Below, one piece after another: positions 14,001 through 25,417 of a DNA stretch of 64,000 bases. Below the pieces are notes generated by a model. It did not search any database. It was not told the DNA's origin and saw only the letters and a list, made by a program, of their open reading frames with translations. Position 1 is the stretch's first letter; every line of letters starts with the position of its first letter. The DNA lies in NCBI GenBank assembly GCA_051294905.1, contig CM119382.1, positions 11,842,001-11,906,000 on the forward strand. The letters run 5' to 3'. Both the position numbers and the translations under genes were made by a program. This DNA comes from Botryllus schlosseri. Its lineage: Eukaryota.

Positions 14001-17000
14001 AATTGGAAGAAATGAACATAACCTACGTTGATTGCACCGCGACGATACATAGATGCGTTACCTGGGTCGTAGACGCAGAGATGGTCAAATTAGTCAGCAT
14101 TTCTACTCAAATAGAATAGAAGTTATGTCGTCGATTTTTCTCAATTACAAGTAGAAATAGCGATTTTCAAGCCATGTCAAACTACATAAAGCAGAGGATA
14201 CAAATTAAAGGCGTGAAAGTACTGAAATAAGTAGTTTTGAAGAAAAGAAGTCGTGGTATTAATCATTTTGTGTTAGTCGCAAAGATGCACGTCACAGTTT
14301 CAAAAGTAATAATCTCCGATCAACTGCTAAAAGTATGTGACTTTTCGATCAAACCTACTTTTATAAATATCCAAGCACTTTTATTACCCTTATTTCTAAT
14401 CCCACTTCAAGTAAAATTTCGACATGTCTTGAAAATTGTCGTGTCTACAGTTCTGCTTGTACTTGAGTAGACGTATATGTAGTTGCTTCTACTCGAGTGC
14501 CAAAAGATGACTAATTTGACCGCCTCGGCTTGTAAGTGAGTAATTATTTACAGCATTAGGTCTACACATGAATTACTATGCATTGAGCGCTTCTCCCTTG
14601 CTGTGAAGTGTAGAACACTGGTAACAACAATTTCCTACTTATTTAGTGACTTATGCATTCCGCTGACACTGCGAAGTCTATTGAACACGAACGGCTTGTC
14701 GCGATGCTGTCAATCGCCCTCGCCCATGGACCGAAGAATCGTTCGAGTCTCGACGGTGCTGGGCGGTATATTTAACAGAGCCGGGACTGCGATTTTTCTG
14801 ACGTGCTCCGCGATGTTCCTGGCGCGAATCGAAGGACGGCAATTGCACGCTGGCTCGATTGTAATCTTCGGGTAAGAAGCGTATTGTATATGAGGTGGTG
14901 TAACGAGATCTTTTTCCGAGTACTTCAACGGATTTTCTCTACTTGTACTATCATGAGAACCGAGCGAAAAGTCATGTGTCATGGTAACTGAATATATTTT
15001 CGAAAATTTCACTTATATGTTGTGTCATAGGTCATTTGGCGTCAGTCGTGAAGATGTATACCCTGTCATTTAGAAAATGGCCAGTTCCGCTTAACTGCTA
15101 AGAAAATGCGACTCATTCACAGGATCGAACCTTTTGAAACTACTTATTCCAGTTCTTTTCATATCTTTATTTTCAACAAATACTAATACTGCTACTATAG
15201 GTGTAATATATTTATGGTCACACTTCATCTGACTACTTTGACCTCGGGTATATCACTGTTGTTTCAGATTTTCGTCTATGGTTACGTCTGTGACATCTCC
15301 TACTGGGCGGTGGTTTAATCGGTTCAACCCATACATGAGGGGGATCGTTATCAATCTATCTACGGCGGGCCTGACAGCGCCCGGAGAAATACCGGAGAAG
15401 CTTTTGTGTTTCTGGGCTATGTAAGTTCATGACATTCGCGCAATAATATCTTCAAAGTGAACAATTAGGAGTCATAGTCGATCAGGTCAATAATTATCGA
15501 TGCAAGAGAGTTTATCGAAGTAAGTGATACCACGAAGCCACGTTGCGTGATCTTGTTTGGTCATCCATATTGGATTTAGATTATAAACGTCACAATAAAT
15601 TAACGGTAAACTTTTTCTCATCAGGAGCCGAATAGCAGCGTTAGCCGACACGTTTGTTGACGCGCTAGGAGCTCACGTATTACACCACTACTGTAAATCG
15701 TCGATGAAGGACACGAAAGATTGCAAAGAGGCGTGCCAGGACGAAAATAGCACCGGTAAGGGTTTGCTGACATTCGGGTGATTGAAGGAACGCTCTCAGC
15801 GGTTGTGCATCCTTTATGGAATCAAATTTGAATTCATCAAAGTCTTGCGAATCAAGCCTCGCATTTCGAAAGAAATGTATTCCTAATGATAGCACACTGC
15901 GTTTTTACAGCCATGAATGAAATGAAAAAGGTGTGGACAAACAGTTGTAGTACGCTACACAGGTCTATGAAACATGATGAATTACAAACGAAGTCATTGA
16001 TTCAGTGTGATCGATGTCACTGAAATTTCTCCTTCATAATAACCAATGATTCGCTAACCAATGGTTTTACGAAATCACGTATTGAACAACAACGCGTGCC
16101 CTTAGCACGCGAAAGCTGGTATTCGCAGTAGGCCTACTCAAAAGCGAGGTAGCGAACGAGACTGTGATGTTCTGGCCTCTGGGTTAACCTCAGCAAGTCT
16201 GACACTCGCACACACACACACCGATCCCATCACCTGCGCAAGTTATCGATATCTTGATAAACCTAATGCAAAGCAAATCTTAATTACAGAGCATGAAAGC
16301 GACATGTGTAACACCATATCATCGTGACAGCTTGTCTGTCCGTGTCACTCATTGGCTAATACGAAACACAGTCGACTCGGAAGAAGAGATTAAGATTCTC
16401 TCATGAAATTCGGCAGATTGTTCCGAAGCGTCCGCGACATAAATATATGTCCTTTCCGAGCCATACTTTGGGAATCACTGTTATTGGCATGTAAATTAGC
16501 TGTCTGGTCTAACGATAAGTTTGTGTGCATGCTTTTTCCAACTTGGGTCTCAAAATTAGATTAGGAAATCCAAATCTCCGACACACATCGATATCTTTCA
16601 AATCAAGTCAAGGTATGTCGGTGGTGGGGATTACACATCTTCAAACCCAAGTTGTGTATACGGGATTAAGCTTCAAACTCAGATGAAATACAGATTATTC
16701 GAGGCAAATTCCTCTCTCATCCCTGTCAGTGATACGAAGGTTCTGCACGTAAGCAAGTTTAAGATAATCCCAGACCCACGTCCAAAATCATACTCATACT
16801 CAATACTCCTCGATTTCTTATGTTTCAACTCTTATCTGTCCTAAAGACATCGCTAGATTGTACTTGCAATGACCGTATTTTATTCATTTAATTTCTGAAT
16901 ATATTTAATGTATCCGCTACATTTGTTAATCAAAAAATTGAGTGTAATCATGGCCGGGGTGATTGGTCTCTGATGATTCTGTTATAACGTGCCTCCCGTC

Positions 17001-19125
17001 TTTACCTTTCTTGTCTCTATATCACATTTCGCGCAATTGCATTTTGTTAAGTATGTTATTGACAAATTCTGTTTCTCTGCCTCAGACTCCAGCACCGCCG
17101 GAATCAAGATCCGCGAAATCAGCCCCGCGAGCAACACCGTCCCGGCAAGATCCACGGGCGGCGACACAAGCGATTACGAAGAAGCGCCGTTGCTTTTCAG
17201 CAGGTTATTATCGCATTCTGTTTCGGGCAGGAACCGGCACCTGGCCGAATTCGATGAATTCAGTGCGAAAAAGGGGCGGCCGCAAACCGCGTTGTCGTGA
17301 GCGAGGTATGCGTGGGCTCACCGGAGCGTGACTTTGCTTGCTGTGAGTTCATGCATGACCATAACCACATGATCATTTGCGCAAAAAGCAGTTATTATTA
17401 TGATTATGGATTTGGATTTGTGAAGATTTTGAACTGATTGAAGGACTGTAACTACAAGTCGTTTTTTGTGGTGTTTTGAATTGACGAAGATAGCAATTAC
17501 GCAAAATAGAAAAGAACGACACTATAGAGAGACCGGCTTTGGAATGGAACTGAAAATGTTCAGTTTTCATGTAACAGTTGAATGAACTTCCGAGACATTG
17601 CCTGTTTTGGACTTGGCTTCGTGCCAAGAGACTTCTGGCTTTGGAAATATTAATCCATGGTCACCGTCTCAAAGGTGTAATAATATTTTATACCGCAATT
17701 CTGAGATCATCTCATGCCCCCATTTTGGGTGTTTCAATCATGGTTTCATCACACATTGGCAGAAATATTTCGGTCGATTCGTCGTAGCACGACCCATTCA
17801 CGTTACGATTCCGACGTGGCGTCACAATTTCCAGAACATGTAACATGAATGTTATTTGATTAAGGCCAAGAACGCCCGTTTAATACTGCGTGATCGTGTG
17901 CTGTTGAAGAGTCATTCGGGAATGACGCAAATCGCTTGTATTTCTTCGATACGTTTATCGTAACTACTCGAGCCGTTCCCAAGGCATCGTGACGCACCAG
18001 CCCCACTCTGGCATGTCTGAAGCATAGGTGGAGAAACTGTATATAACACCTTTGTTAGAAATGTAAATTGACTCAATGATCCACGGAAATGATAACAACT
18101 GTAATCAGCCACCGTCACGAAGCCAACCGCTCGATTCACGGGGCTTTTGTTTTGCTGACTTTCAGGCCCAGACCGGCCGAAGCATTTTCACAATCATCGA
18201 CCATTCACATACACATAGGCCTACACGCGTATTTCTTCGCGATTGATTTGATCTCGACTCTTCCAAATTATATCTATCAAAAATATCTATCTCCAGATAT
18301 TTTATTTTGCTGAAGCGAACAATGTACCATTCAGCTAGTTGTTTCTCATTGTTCGGAACAGCGATGCCATTCATTATCCCTTTTGCGATGTGTACGACTG
18401 TAGAGGTCAATAAGGTGGTGGTGATCATGGGCGTAGTAGCCGTGGCTTGTAATGACGACAATGACTTGACATCACAAGCACGGATGACATGGCGACATTA
18501 CTCTGTGCAAGGCAAAATTGGCAAGAGATTTGAACATAAGTTGTTGCTTCAATTGTTTCTTCACCAGTGCCTTGCATGCAGTGCAGGGTTGCGATACGAA
18601 AAGTGGTCGTAAATAGTCCGCAATGACGTGATGTTATGTGATCCGAAATTTTATTTGGGGGAGGCTTCCTCGGCTATCAAAGTTGGTAATTCCTCTCCCA
18701 TACCTGACGCTAGGTATATCTGATACGATTGTGGGGATGCGTCAAGGATGGAAAATTCAGTAGAGGTGAACAAATTTTCAACAATCAAACGTCACGTCAC
18801 GGTGTATACGCTCCCAAAATCCAAAATCGAAGGAGCAAGATCGCCAAAACACGGCGATATGAATGACAGCTTAGTGCGGATCCAGGCTGTTAGTTTAACA
18901 CTGCGATCTACTGAATCAGGCTGATAGCTAACGGAATTTCTTCCATCCAGGTCTGCAGAGGGCGGAAATGAATCGAGCTCAATGAACAGTCGGAACGATG
19001 ACGTATTCTTGCCCAACCGACCTCAAGAGACTCGCCCCTTCGCCCAGCAACAGGACGGCAGGCGTGGCAACAATCATCACGTCCGGACTGCCCAGAATGG
19101 AGACGTTTCTTTTGTCACGTTTTGA
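3250..19125 (+). CDS. SLC1A: Divergent SLC1-family (dicarboxylate/amino acid:cation symporter, EAAT/ASCT-like) membrane protein, 9 coding exons, ~1065 aa
   Basis: Exons 3250-5045, 6282-6330, 7891-8033, 13426-13740, 14647-14871, 15268-15420, 15625-15755, 17086-17296, 18951-19125 join in frame through GT-AG introns (3198 nt). Segments align to the SLC1 fold: TM2-3 (PLLVVSSMLSGVGNL), W|YVPIGVFFI (WYAPxG), MDRRIVR...GGIFNRAGTAIF (TM7), DALGAHVLHH (TM8). Symbol is family-level only. Confidence 0.88.
6282..6330 (+). CDS. SLC1-like exon 2 (L|MFFPGCGAPNVSYNDG), 49 nt
   Basis: tttag acceptor and gtgagt donor; MFFP matches the SLC1 NMFP position; phases 2->0 fit neighbours. Confidence 0.75.
7891..8033 (+). 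CDS. SLC1-like exon 3 (TM4c-TM5, FCNLFVIALFAGLVGIG...DILLW)
   Basis: ctctttacag acceptor, gtgagt donor; ends TG| of the conserved Trp. Confidence 0.85.
13426..13740 (+). CDS. SLC1-like exon 4 (YVPIG...TM6, HP1a)
   Basis: Within track ORF 13337-13744; atcag acceptor, gtgagg donor. Confidence 0.88.
14076..14528. mobile_element. ~450-bp MITE (family A, TIR ~CAGAGGTGGTCAAAGTAGTC) in SLC1-like intron 4
   Basis: Left CAGAGATGGTCAAATTAGTC, right GACTAATTTGACCGCCTCGG; internal ctactcaa/acttgagtag repeats; no TSD recovered. Confidence 0.6.
14647..14871 (+). CDS. SLC1-like exon 5 (HP1b-TM7-HP2a, NRAGT)
   Basis: Within track ORF 14603-14875; tttag acceptor, gtaaga donor. Confidence 0.88.
15268..15420 (+). 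CDS. SLC1-like exon 6 (HP2-TM8a)
   Basis: gtttcag acceptor, gtaagt donor; open in phase 2->2. Confidence 0.8.
15625..15755 (+). CDS. SLC1-like exon 7 (TM8b, SRIAALADTFVDALGAHVLHHYC)
   Basis: ctcatcag acceptor, gtaagg donor; aligns to DRLRTTTNVLGDSLGAGIVEHL. Confidence 0.82.
17086..17296 (+). CDS. SLC1-like exon 8 (cytoplasmic tail); may instead end at TGA 17298-17300
   Basis: Pyrimidine tract plus ctcag acceptor; frame of track ORF 16989-17300; candidate donors at 17297 (gtgagc) and 17306 (gtatgc). Confidence 0.72.
18951..19125 (+). CDS. SLC1-like terminal exon 9 (SAEGG...DVSFVTF*)
   Basis: atttcttccatccag acceptor; open in phase 2 to TGA; AATAAA 72 nt downstream. Confidence 0.62.
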
Positions 19126-19196
19126 TACTCGAGATCAACTATCATCATTTACCATTGTCCATTACATATTTATACCGTTTGTGTTATGCAGTGTCG

Positions 19197-19202
19197 AATA
19201 AA
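19197..19202 (+). terminator. Candidate polyadenylation signal of the SLC1-like gene
   Basis: AATAAA shortly after the terminal stop. Confidence 0.45.
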
Positions 19203-19244
19203 AGTGCATTGGCATGCTCCTCATAGCAATATCTATACTCTTCG

Positions 19245-19480
19245 TCAGAGGCAGGGATATCTAGACTAGATATGTAGTCTAGATATCCCTGGTCAGAGGT
19301 GGTCAAAGTAGTCAAGAAAGCAACTCAAGTAGAAGTAGAAGAAGCGACGCAAAAATCTACTCTAGTACGAGTAAAAGTAGTACGAGGAAAAGTAGTACCT
19401 TTAAAGGAAACCTAAAACTACTTCAAGTAGAAGTATACTTGGATGACTAAATCTACTCAAGTAACCAAGTAGTTGTGAAA
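19245..19480. mobile_element. Family A MITE left end, interrupted by the 40-bp element
   Basis: CAGAGGTGGTCAAAGTAGTCAAG terminus followed by ctcaagtagaagtag arrays; the matching inverted sequence recurs at ~23430-23606; right end of this copy not defined. Confidence 0.6.
19252..19291. mobile_element. 40-bp hAT-type element made only of TIRs
   Basis: Perfect 17-bp inverted repeat CAGGGATATCTAGACTA/TAGTCTAGATATCCCTG with 6-nt loop; perfect 8-bp TSD GTCAGAGG (19244-19251, 19292-19299). Confidence 0.85.
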
Positions 19481-22240
19481 ACAGTCATACGTTCGCGTGG
19501 ACTGTCAAAAGCTGCAAATTGAGCTAGGTAGCTTAATTCATATTGATGCATCCCAGGAGGTATAAATTTTCGACCGCATCATGGGATGTAAGTGATAGTT
19601 CTGCTATGGAAAAGCGATTTTAATGTTTTGTGTACTCAAACTCCCCGTTTCAAAAAATGGCATGGTGCCCACCAACGTATTACGGGCCAGTAGTTTGGAG
19701 AAATTCGGAGAAGTTGCATCGGATACGATGTTAACACGTTGCGCAATTAGTATATAGGTCTACTTTAACAAAAATTTGGCGGATCGCAAAAATGCCATAT
19801 ACTGTCATTTTGTTTCCTGAAAATAGAGACAATACTACATTTGGTTTTAAAATTCAACATATATGTTCTACAGACAAAAGAACTGAAATGAATTAGAAGT
19901 GCTCAAAGTAGTGATACTGTGAATTAAAAGACATACAAATGCTATTTCTTAAAAGCGGAAAATATATTTCATGTCTGATGGTAAGCTAAAACAGGTCTAA
20001 CGCTAAAAAAAGGCAGATACCACTTTTCCGGATTAGAACATCACGCCACGTGCCGCTGGATTACGATCCGATAGGTAGATGCTTGATTGCGAAACGGTAG
20101 TTCTAAACGTTTTGATGAGCACTTTTTACTGTTATAAAACTTGTCATATGAATGACGATGAGGTGTGAACGGAACCATGCAATCCGCTACCAGAGCCTAC
20201 GATATATCGTAGGCCCCGCAACTACCTAAATTATATTCACCGCATCCTTTAGTGAAAACATACTTGACAATCCATATCCACTTTGCGCAAATTGCGACGA
20301 AAATTCTGGGTTTCACTTAACTTTGTGAAAATTGAATTCTTGTTGATAGTCCGTGAAAACAGCGCCGAAATGCCTCTAATTTTAGGAATATAATGCTTCG
20401 ACTGAAAATAGCGAAACGTAAGTAAATCTCAAAATATTTCGAAGTAGCAGCAGAGGTAGCAATGTTGGAAAAGTCAAGCGGTAGTTGCTACATGCAACGC
20501 GGTCTGCCGTGGACAGTGATTTTGTCGTATGAAAATGGTTCTTCAATACAAGAAACACCCGGGGCCTACGATAAGTTATCGTAGGTCCCGAAACACGTTT
20601 GAGCATTTCATGCCGTGCACTCACGCAAACCACTGTATTGAAATTTCAAAAGTTATTTTTCTTCCTTCGAAAATCACCTCAGAAAAACAAACAAACCAAA
20701 TCTTTAAAATAAGAGTCATGGTTTTAACATATTTGTTTTATTTTGATTTCTACTTTAAATGCAACCATGATTGTAATATTGTTCCGGATCATTGTCAGTT
20801 CATAGTTTCAATTGATCATCATTACAGATTAGCAATTAAACTATATAACTTGACCCTCTTAGGCTACCTGGGAAAGTTGAGATAATACCAATTGTTTCAC
20901 TTCCAGTATCATAGATCATAAGATACGTATATATGGTATAGCGACGGTAAGGTTCATTGACGCACAAAATGCAGACAAAACACAACTATCGAATAGAGAT
21001 GTACAGGGTCAGAATTTTGGTTTCTAACCAGATAGGAATCCGGCAGGTTTTGTCGGATCAGGGTTGGAGCCGGATCCGCATTTTTTTCTTCAGTGCCGGA
21101 TCCGGATCAAGACTGGTTTCATAAATTTCTAGTTCACGAAAATAGCTTCAAATCAGTTAACTTCGATGTTATATGTGAACTCGGAGTCCGTTTATACTAT
21201 TACAATTTCGGAAAATCCTGGATAGCTTCAATGTATTGCCGAGGCGTGATTAGAAAAATACCCACGGCCAGAAGTGGACAAAGTAATAATCTTGATTGGG
21301 AGAAGTCGAAGTATCGTCGTACATTTCTGCTCAAGTAGAAGTATTAATGTCCTAGTAAGTAAACATTCTAGGTCGAAAACTGTTAATTAAAAGTACTTTA
21401 TCGAAGTACTCAAGTAGTTTTCCTCTACTTGCAGTATACTTACTCAAGTAAATCTAATTTTCCGTTACTTCTACTTCGTAATATATTTTGTGATTTACTT
21501 ACTTACTTTTCGCTATTTGCAGTATGTCAATTAGAAGTATTACATTATTCCAATGATAGAGAAAGAGAGACTGATATGGAGACATTTTGGGTCTGTTTTC
21601 ACGAAGTACCAACACTAATTAAATTTTCACAAAAGTTGAGTAAAGTACAGAATTTCTGTCGTGCGTCGAGCGAAATAGATATGGAGTGAAAAATGTTTTT
21701 AGAAAGTAACGGTCAATATTAGTCGGGATCGGGATGCGTGGTTCCTCTCACACAGCATTGTCGTCCATATGTCATGTTTCAACAGAGCAAATATGGCTTA
21801 GCAAACTTTCGGAACCATCGTATCTTAACGTAGCATCAAACTATCGTATCGTAATCTAGTAGCGCATGCCGTGTCCTAATCTTGGAAAAGTGGTTCTCGA
21901 ATTTGAGCAGCATCAGATCCTGTTTTAGCTATTTAGCATATCCCCCGGGGCCTCAGCCCGATATCCCCGTTGAAGCTTTCTGGACAAAAGACATGAAATA
22001 TACCTTTTTCTTTTTGAAAATTGTACAGTATTTGTATCGTTAATTTGAATTCAAATTAACCTTTGTTAACTTTTAAAACTAAGTGCAATTATGCCTCGAT
22101 AAATCGTTGACATATATGGGCACCCTCTATTAGCCTTATCTACGGGGAAGGGGGTGAGCCATTTGCTGAAACGGGGCGTTGGAGTGAAGAGCCGCTGTTT
22201 CATAGCAAACTTTTCATTTGCATCCCATGATGCTGTAGAG

Positions 22241-23326
22241 CAGGGGTGGGCAAACTACGGCCCGCAAGAGTCTAAAGAAACTTTTTTTAAATATTGATAA
22301 AATGCGTACTAAAAATCGAATTAATGCAGGGACTTGATTAACTTTTTCTCAATATATTTCACAGTGATAAGTCTAAGACAGTGGTTCTCAAACTGGTGGG
22401 CGCCCCCCGCCCTTGGGGGCGTGTAAGCACCTGAAGGTGGGCGCGAAGCTGAGCTCGACTGAACAAAAATTCGCGTTTCGCGCGATATACATCCCATTCA
22501 TACTTTTTGCTCTGTATTGAGTATGAATTATATATTTAAAATCTCTCATCCACAGTCGTAACCTTCCATGCCATCAAACTACCCGTTGAGTTTGCTAGCA
22601 TCCTGGTTGCGTTTTGTTATAACGATAAGGGGGCGCGAAATCTTTCACCATCATAAGGGGGGGGGGGGCTTGTCTTGAAAAGTTTGAGAACCACTGATCT
22701 AAGGTAAATAGGCCAACATAATATCGCAGCGGCGGGATAGCTGCAACGAGATTGACATAATTTGGATCACGAGTGGGATTTCAGATTGGCCACTCCATTT
22801 TTAATTATTTCAGTGACGTGCTTGGAAAACGATTCGGGCGTGCCTTAGATAGATTCGTTGTATGTATGCGTAGAATTAGGGTATTTATATTTTATCTACA
22901 CATAGTAGAAGCGTGTTAAAAGCTAACATGGTTATGATGCTGTCAGCATCGTGTGTCCTGGAAATGAACCAAAAGTGGAATAAGTAAATCTATGAACAGA
23001 TCGCTGCTCCCAGATTTAAATTTCAATCCTGTTCTAAGAATCGGGTCAACCGACTTTCATCTCTATATTTTTGACAAATTGGTTATTGAAGTCCGCCAGC
23101 CTATGAAATCTCGCCACTATATGTTTCTGTTCTGACACGTGTACGATATCATCAAAGCACTGTTTGGCTTGTTTTAAATAAGCACGTATATTATCTCCAT
23201 GTCCTCACTGTATAATCAAATATCACTATTACGTTTTGGTTTATAATCCCAATTTTATATAGTGCGACCCGCGAATGGATTCAGATGTTGAATGCGGCCC
23301 ACGAGCTCAAAAGTTACCCACCCCTG
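22241..23326. mobile_element. hAT (Charlie-like) non-autonomous element, 1086 bp
   Basis: TIRs CAGGGGTGGGCAAACT / AGTTACCCACCCCTG; perfect 8-bp TSD CTGTAGAG (22233-22240, 23327-23334). Confidence 0.85.
22379..22696. mobile_element. hAT (Charlie-like) MITE, 318 bp, nested in the 1086-bp element
   Basis: Perfect 16-bp TIR CAGTGGTTCTCAAACT; flanks gtctaaga/atctaagg match 6/8. Confidence 0.8.
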
Positions 23327-25417
23327 CTGTAGAGGGAGCAGCACGAACCAAGCTCCCTGCCTTTGTCCTCCCAGCTCATTTCCAGCTTTTGACAGTCTAT
23401 AAAAGCTTATGTATGACTGCTTTACACAACTACTACTTACTACTACAATAGGCTACTTACTTGCTTGAGTAGATTTGAAACGTTTCCGTCTACTTGAAGC
23501 AGTTTAAGGTTGTTTTCAAATGCGATACTTGAGTAGATACTTGAGTAGATTTTTGCGTCGATACTTCTGTTTGAGTAGCTTTCTTGACTATAGTTTGCCC
23601 ACCTCCATGAAAAACTAGTGCTTCGTTACTGACCATCTTCTATCGTGATAGGAATATTAGATGATTGTATTTTTGGATCCGGATTGTGACAATAAAGACG
23701 AAAACAGGACTCGGATTGGATCAGGATTCCATTTTATCGAACTGGGTCGGAACCATGTTCTGTACAGCTCTACTGTCGGATTTCCAAGTGATTCGTGAGT
23801 CAGAGAGGGTCGGTTAAGATTTCTTTACCTGTAGTACGAATCCGCTAAACGAAAACAACTGACGCTACGACTACACAGCTGACATCATCGCACATTCCCG
23901 TGAGAAATCCTACTTTCCAAAACTTGCAAAATTACTTGATAGTTCATGACAAGGACTTGGTTGAACCACCACATACGTTTGATATACTAACACGTCGAAT
24001 TCCTAACCTAATTTGTTTGGCAACAGCGTACCATTTCCGCCAGGCAATCGAGCACATCATCAAATACCTTGGATGTAATATAATTCACGTTGTTCGTATC
24101 CTAAACGATAACACCGTCGTTGTCTTTGAGAGTGTGGCCTGTTATCGCGAAGGCGTTGCAACATTTGCATGACACACCTGAATTTACCACGCATTACATT
24201 AGGTGACAAAATCAATCAAAGTTGATAATGTACTGGCTTGATAACGACATTCCCAGATACTGCGACCGATCCGCTACTTATGTCTGACATTGAAATGATC
24301 ACGAGAGTGCGCGGTTTCTAAAACGTTGCTAGACAGCGAGAGCATCTTGCAAAAAGTTTACCGCGCGTAATTTTGATGTAGGGGACATGGATAGAAAGGA
24401 TATTTGCCTATCGTTTATAATTTGGAACAACTGTATCCATGTACGCATGAGCGAGCAGGAACGTCAAAGCTATACCTAGCCATAGTAAGTCTTACGTCGC
24501 AGTTAGTCATGATCAACGATGAGCATTACTGTGTTCATTTGCTCAGCGCTTCCATCACCGAACACTTGAAATAGGCAGCTGCGTAATATCATGTAGTCGT
24601 TCTCTCGGGACATCAGATTCACCGTTCTTTCATTCCTTTTGGCGACGCAGTCAAGAAGCTGCTGTCGCAGATAATTTGTGACAATAACAAGATGTCAAAC
24701 ATGAAAACCGGTATCGTCGGATTGCTATTTTCCGTCAGGTATTACACGACAGAGGCTTGTGACAGGCTATGAAAAACCGGGGCACTTTAAAGTAGGTGCA
24801 GTAAGAGCGACATTTTGCGAGGATGGGGTGAAAAATCGTTGTAACCAAAAGTCTTTCTTCAATACCAAACCCGAATGATGGTTCAGGTGTCATTCAGTTC
24901 AGAATTGTCCGAAGGAAGATGGATTGGAAAAGCGACAGATTCTGTATGCGGTCTTTGTGTATTTAATGCAATCAGCCTTGGCGCGTAAAATTCAAATGTG
25001 ATATGTAATTAACGAGATCATGCTAGATGCATGTGGAATGTTAGTATATTTCATTATACGTTTAAATAGTCGTTTATGGAGTAGGTAGGCTATTAGTCCA
25101 TTATTCACCCGCAGGTCCAGTTAACATGCTATGAGCCATAAATAAGTCCCGCGTTATCGCCATCAAAATAGAAACAACACCCGGCCGTTTCTTAATGATT
25201 TTCAGGAACTTAAATTGAAAGCGGATACAAGATAGTTTGGCCTGTAGAAAGTGGAAGAATAGTCTGGAATAGCAACATGGTCGTTACCTTAAACATTACT
25301 ACACTACCAAAACATTATAACACCACCAAATATTATTACACTAATTACTACAGATTAGTAGTCAGGCCAGCAAATATGCCAAAAAGTTCAAAACTGCCGT
25401 CCCTATGGGTAATATAC

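Larger units (their letters stand above)
20994..23772. mobile_element. Outer non-autonomous hAT-like element (2.8 kb) hosting nested insertions
   Basis: TIRs TAGAGATGTACAGG / (rc) TAGAGCTGTACAGA; subterminal GGATCCGG-type repeats at both ends; flanks ctatcgaa/ctgtcgga match 6/8. Confidence 0.6.

Noticed and set aside
20382-21689. Two similar short ORFs (LPLLLLRNI...) on opposite strands
   Set aside because: They are translations of inverted copies of the AGTAG-rich MITE family.
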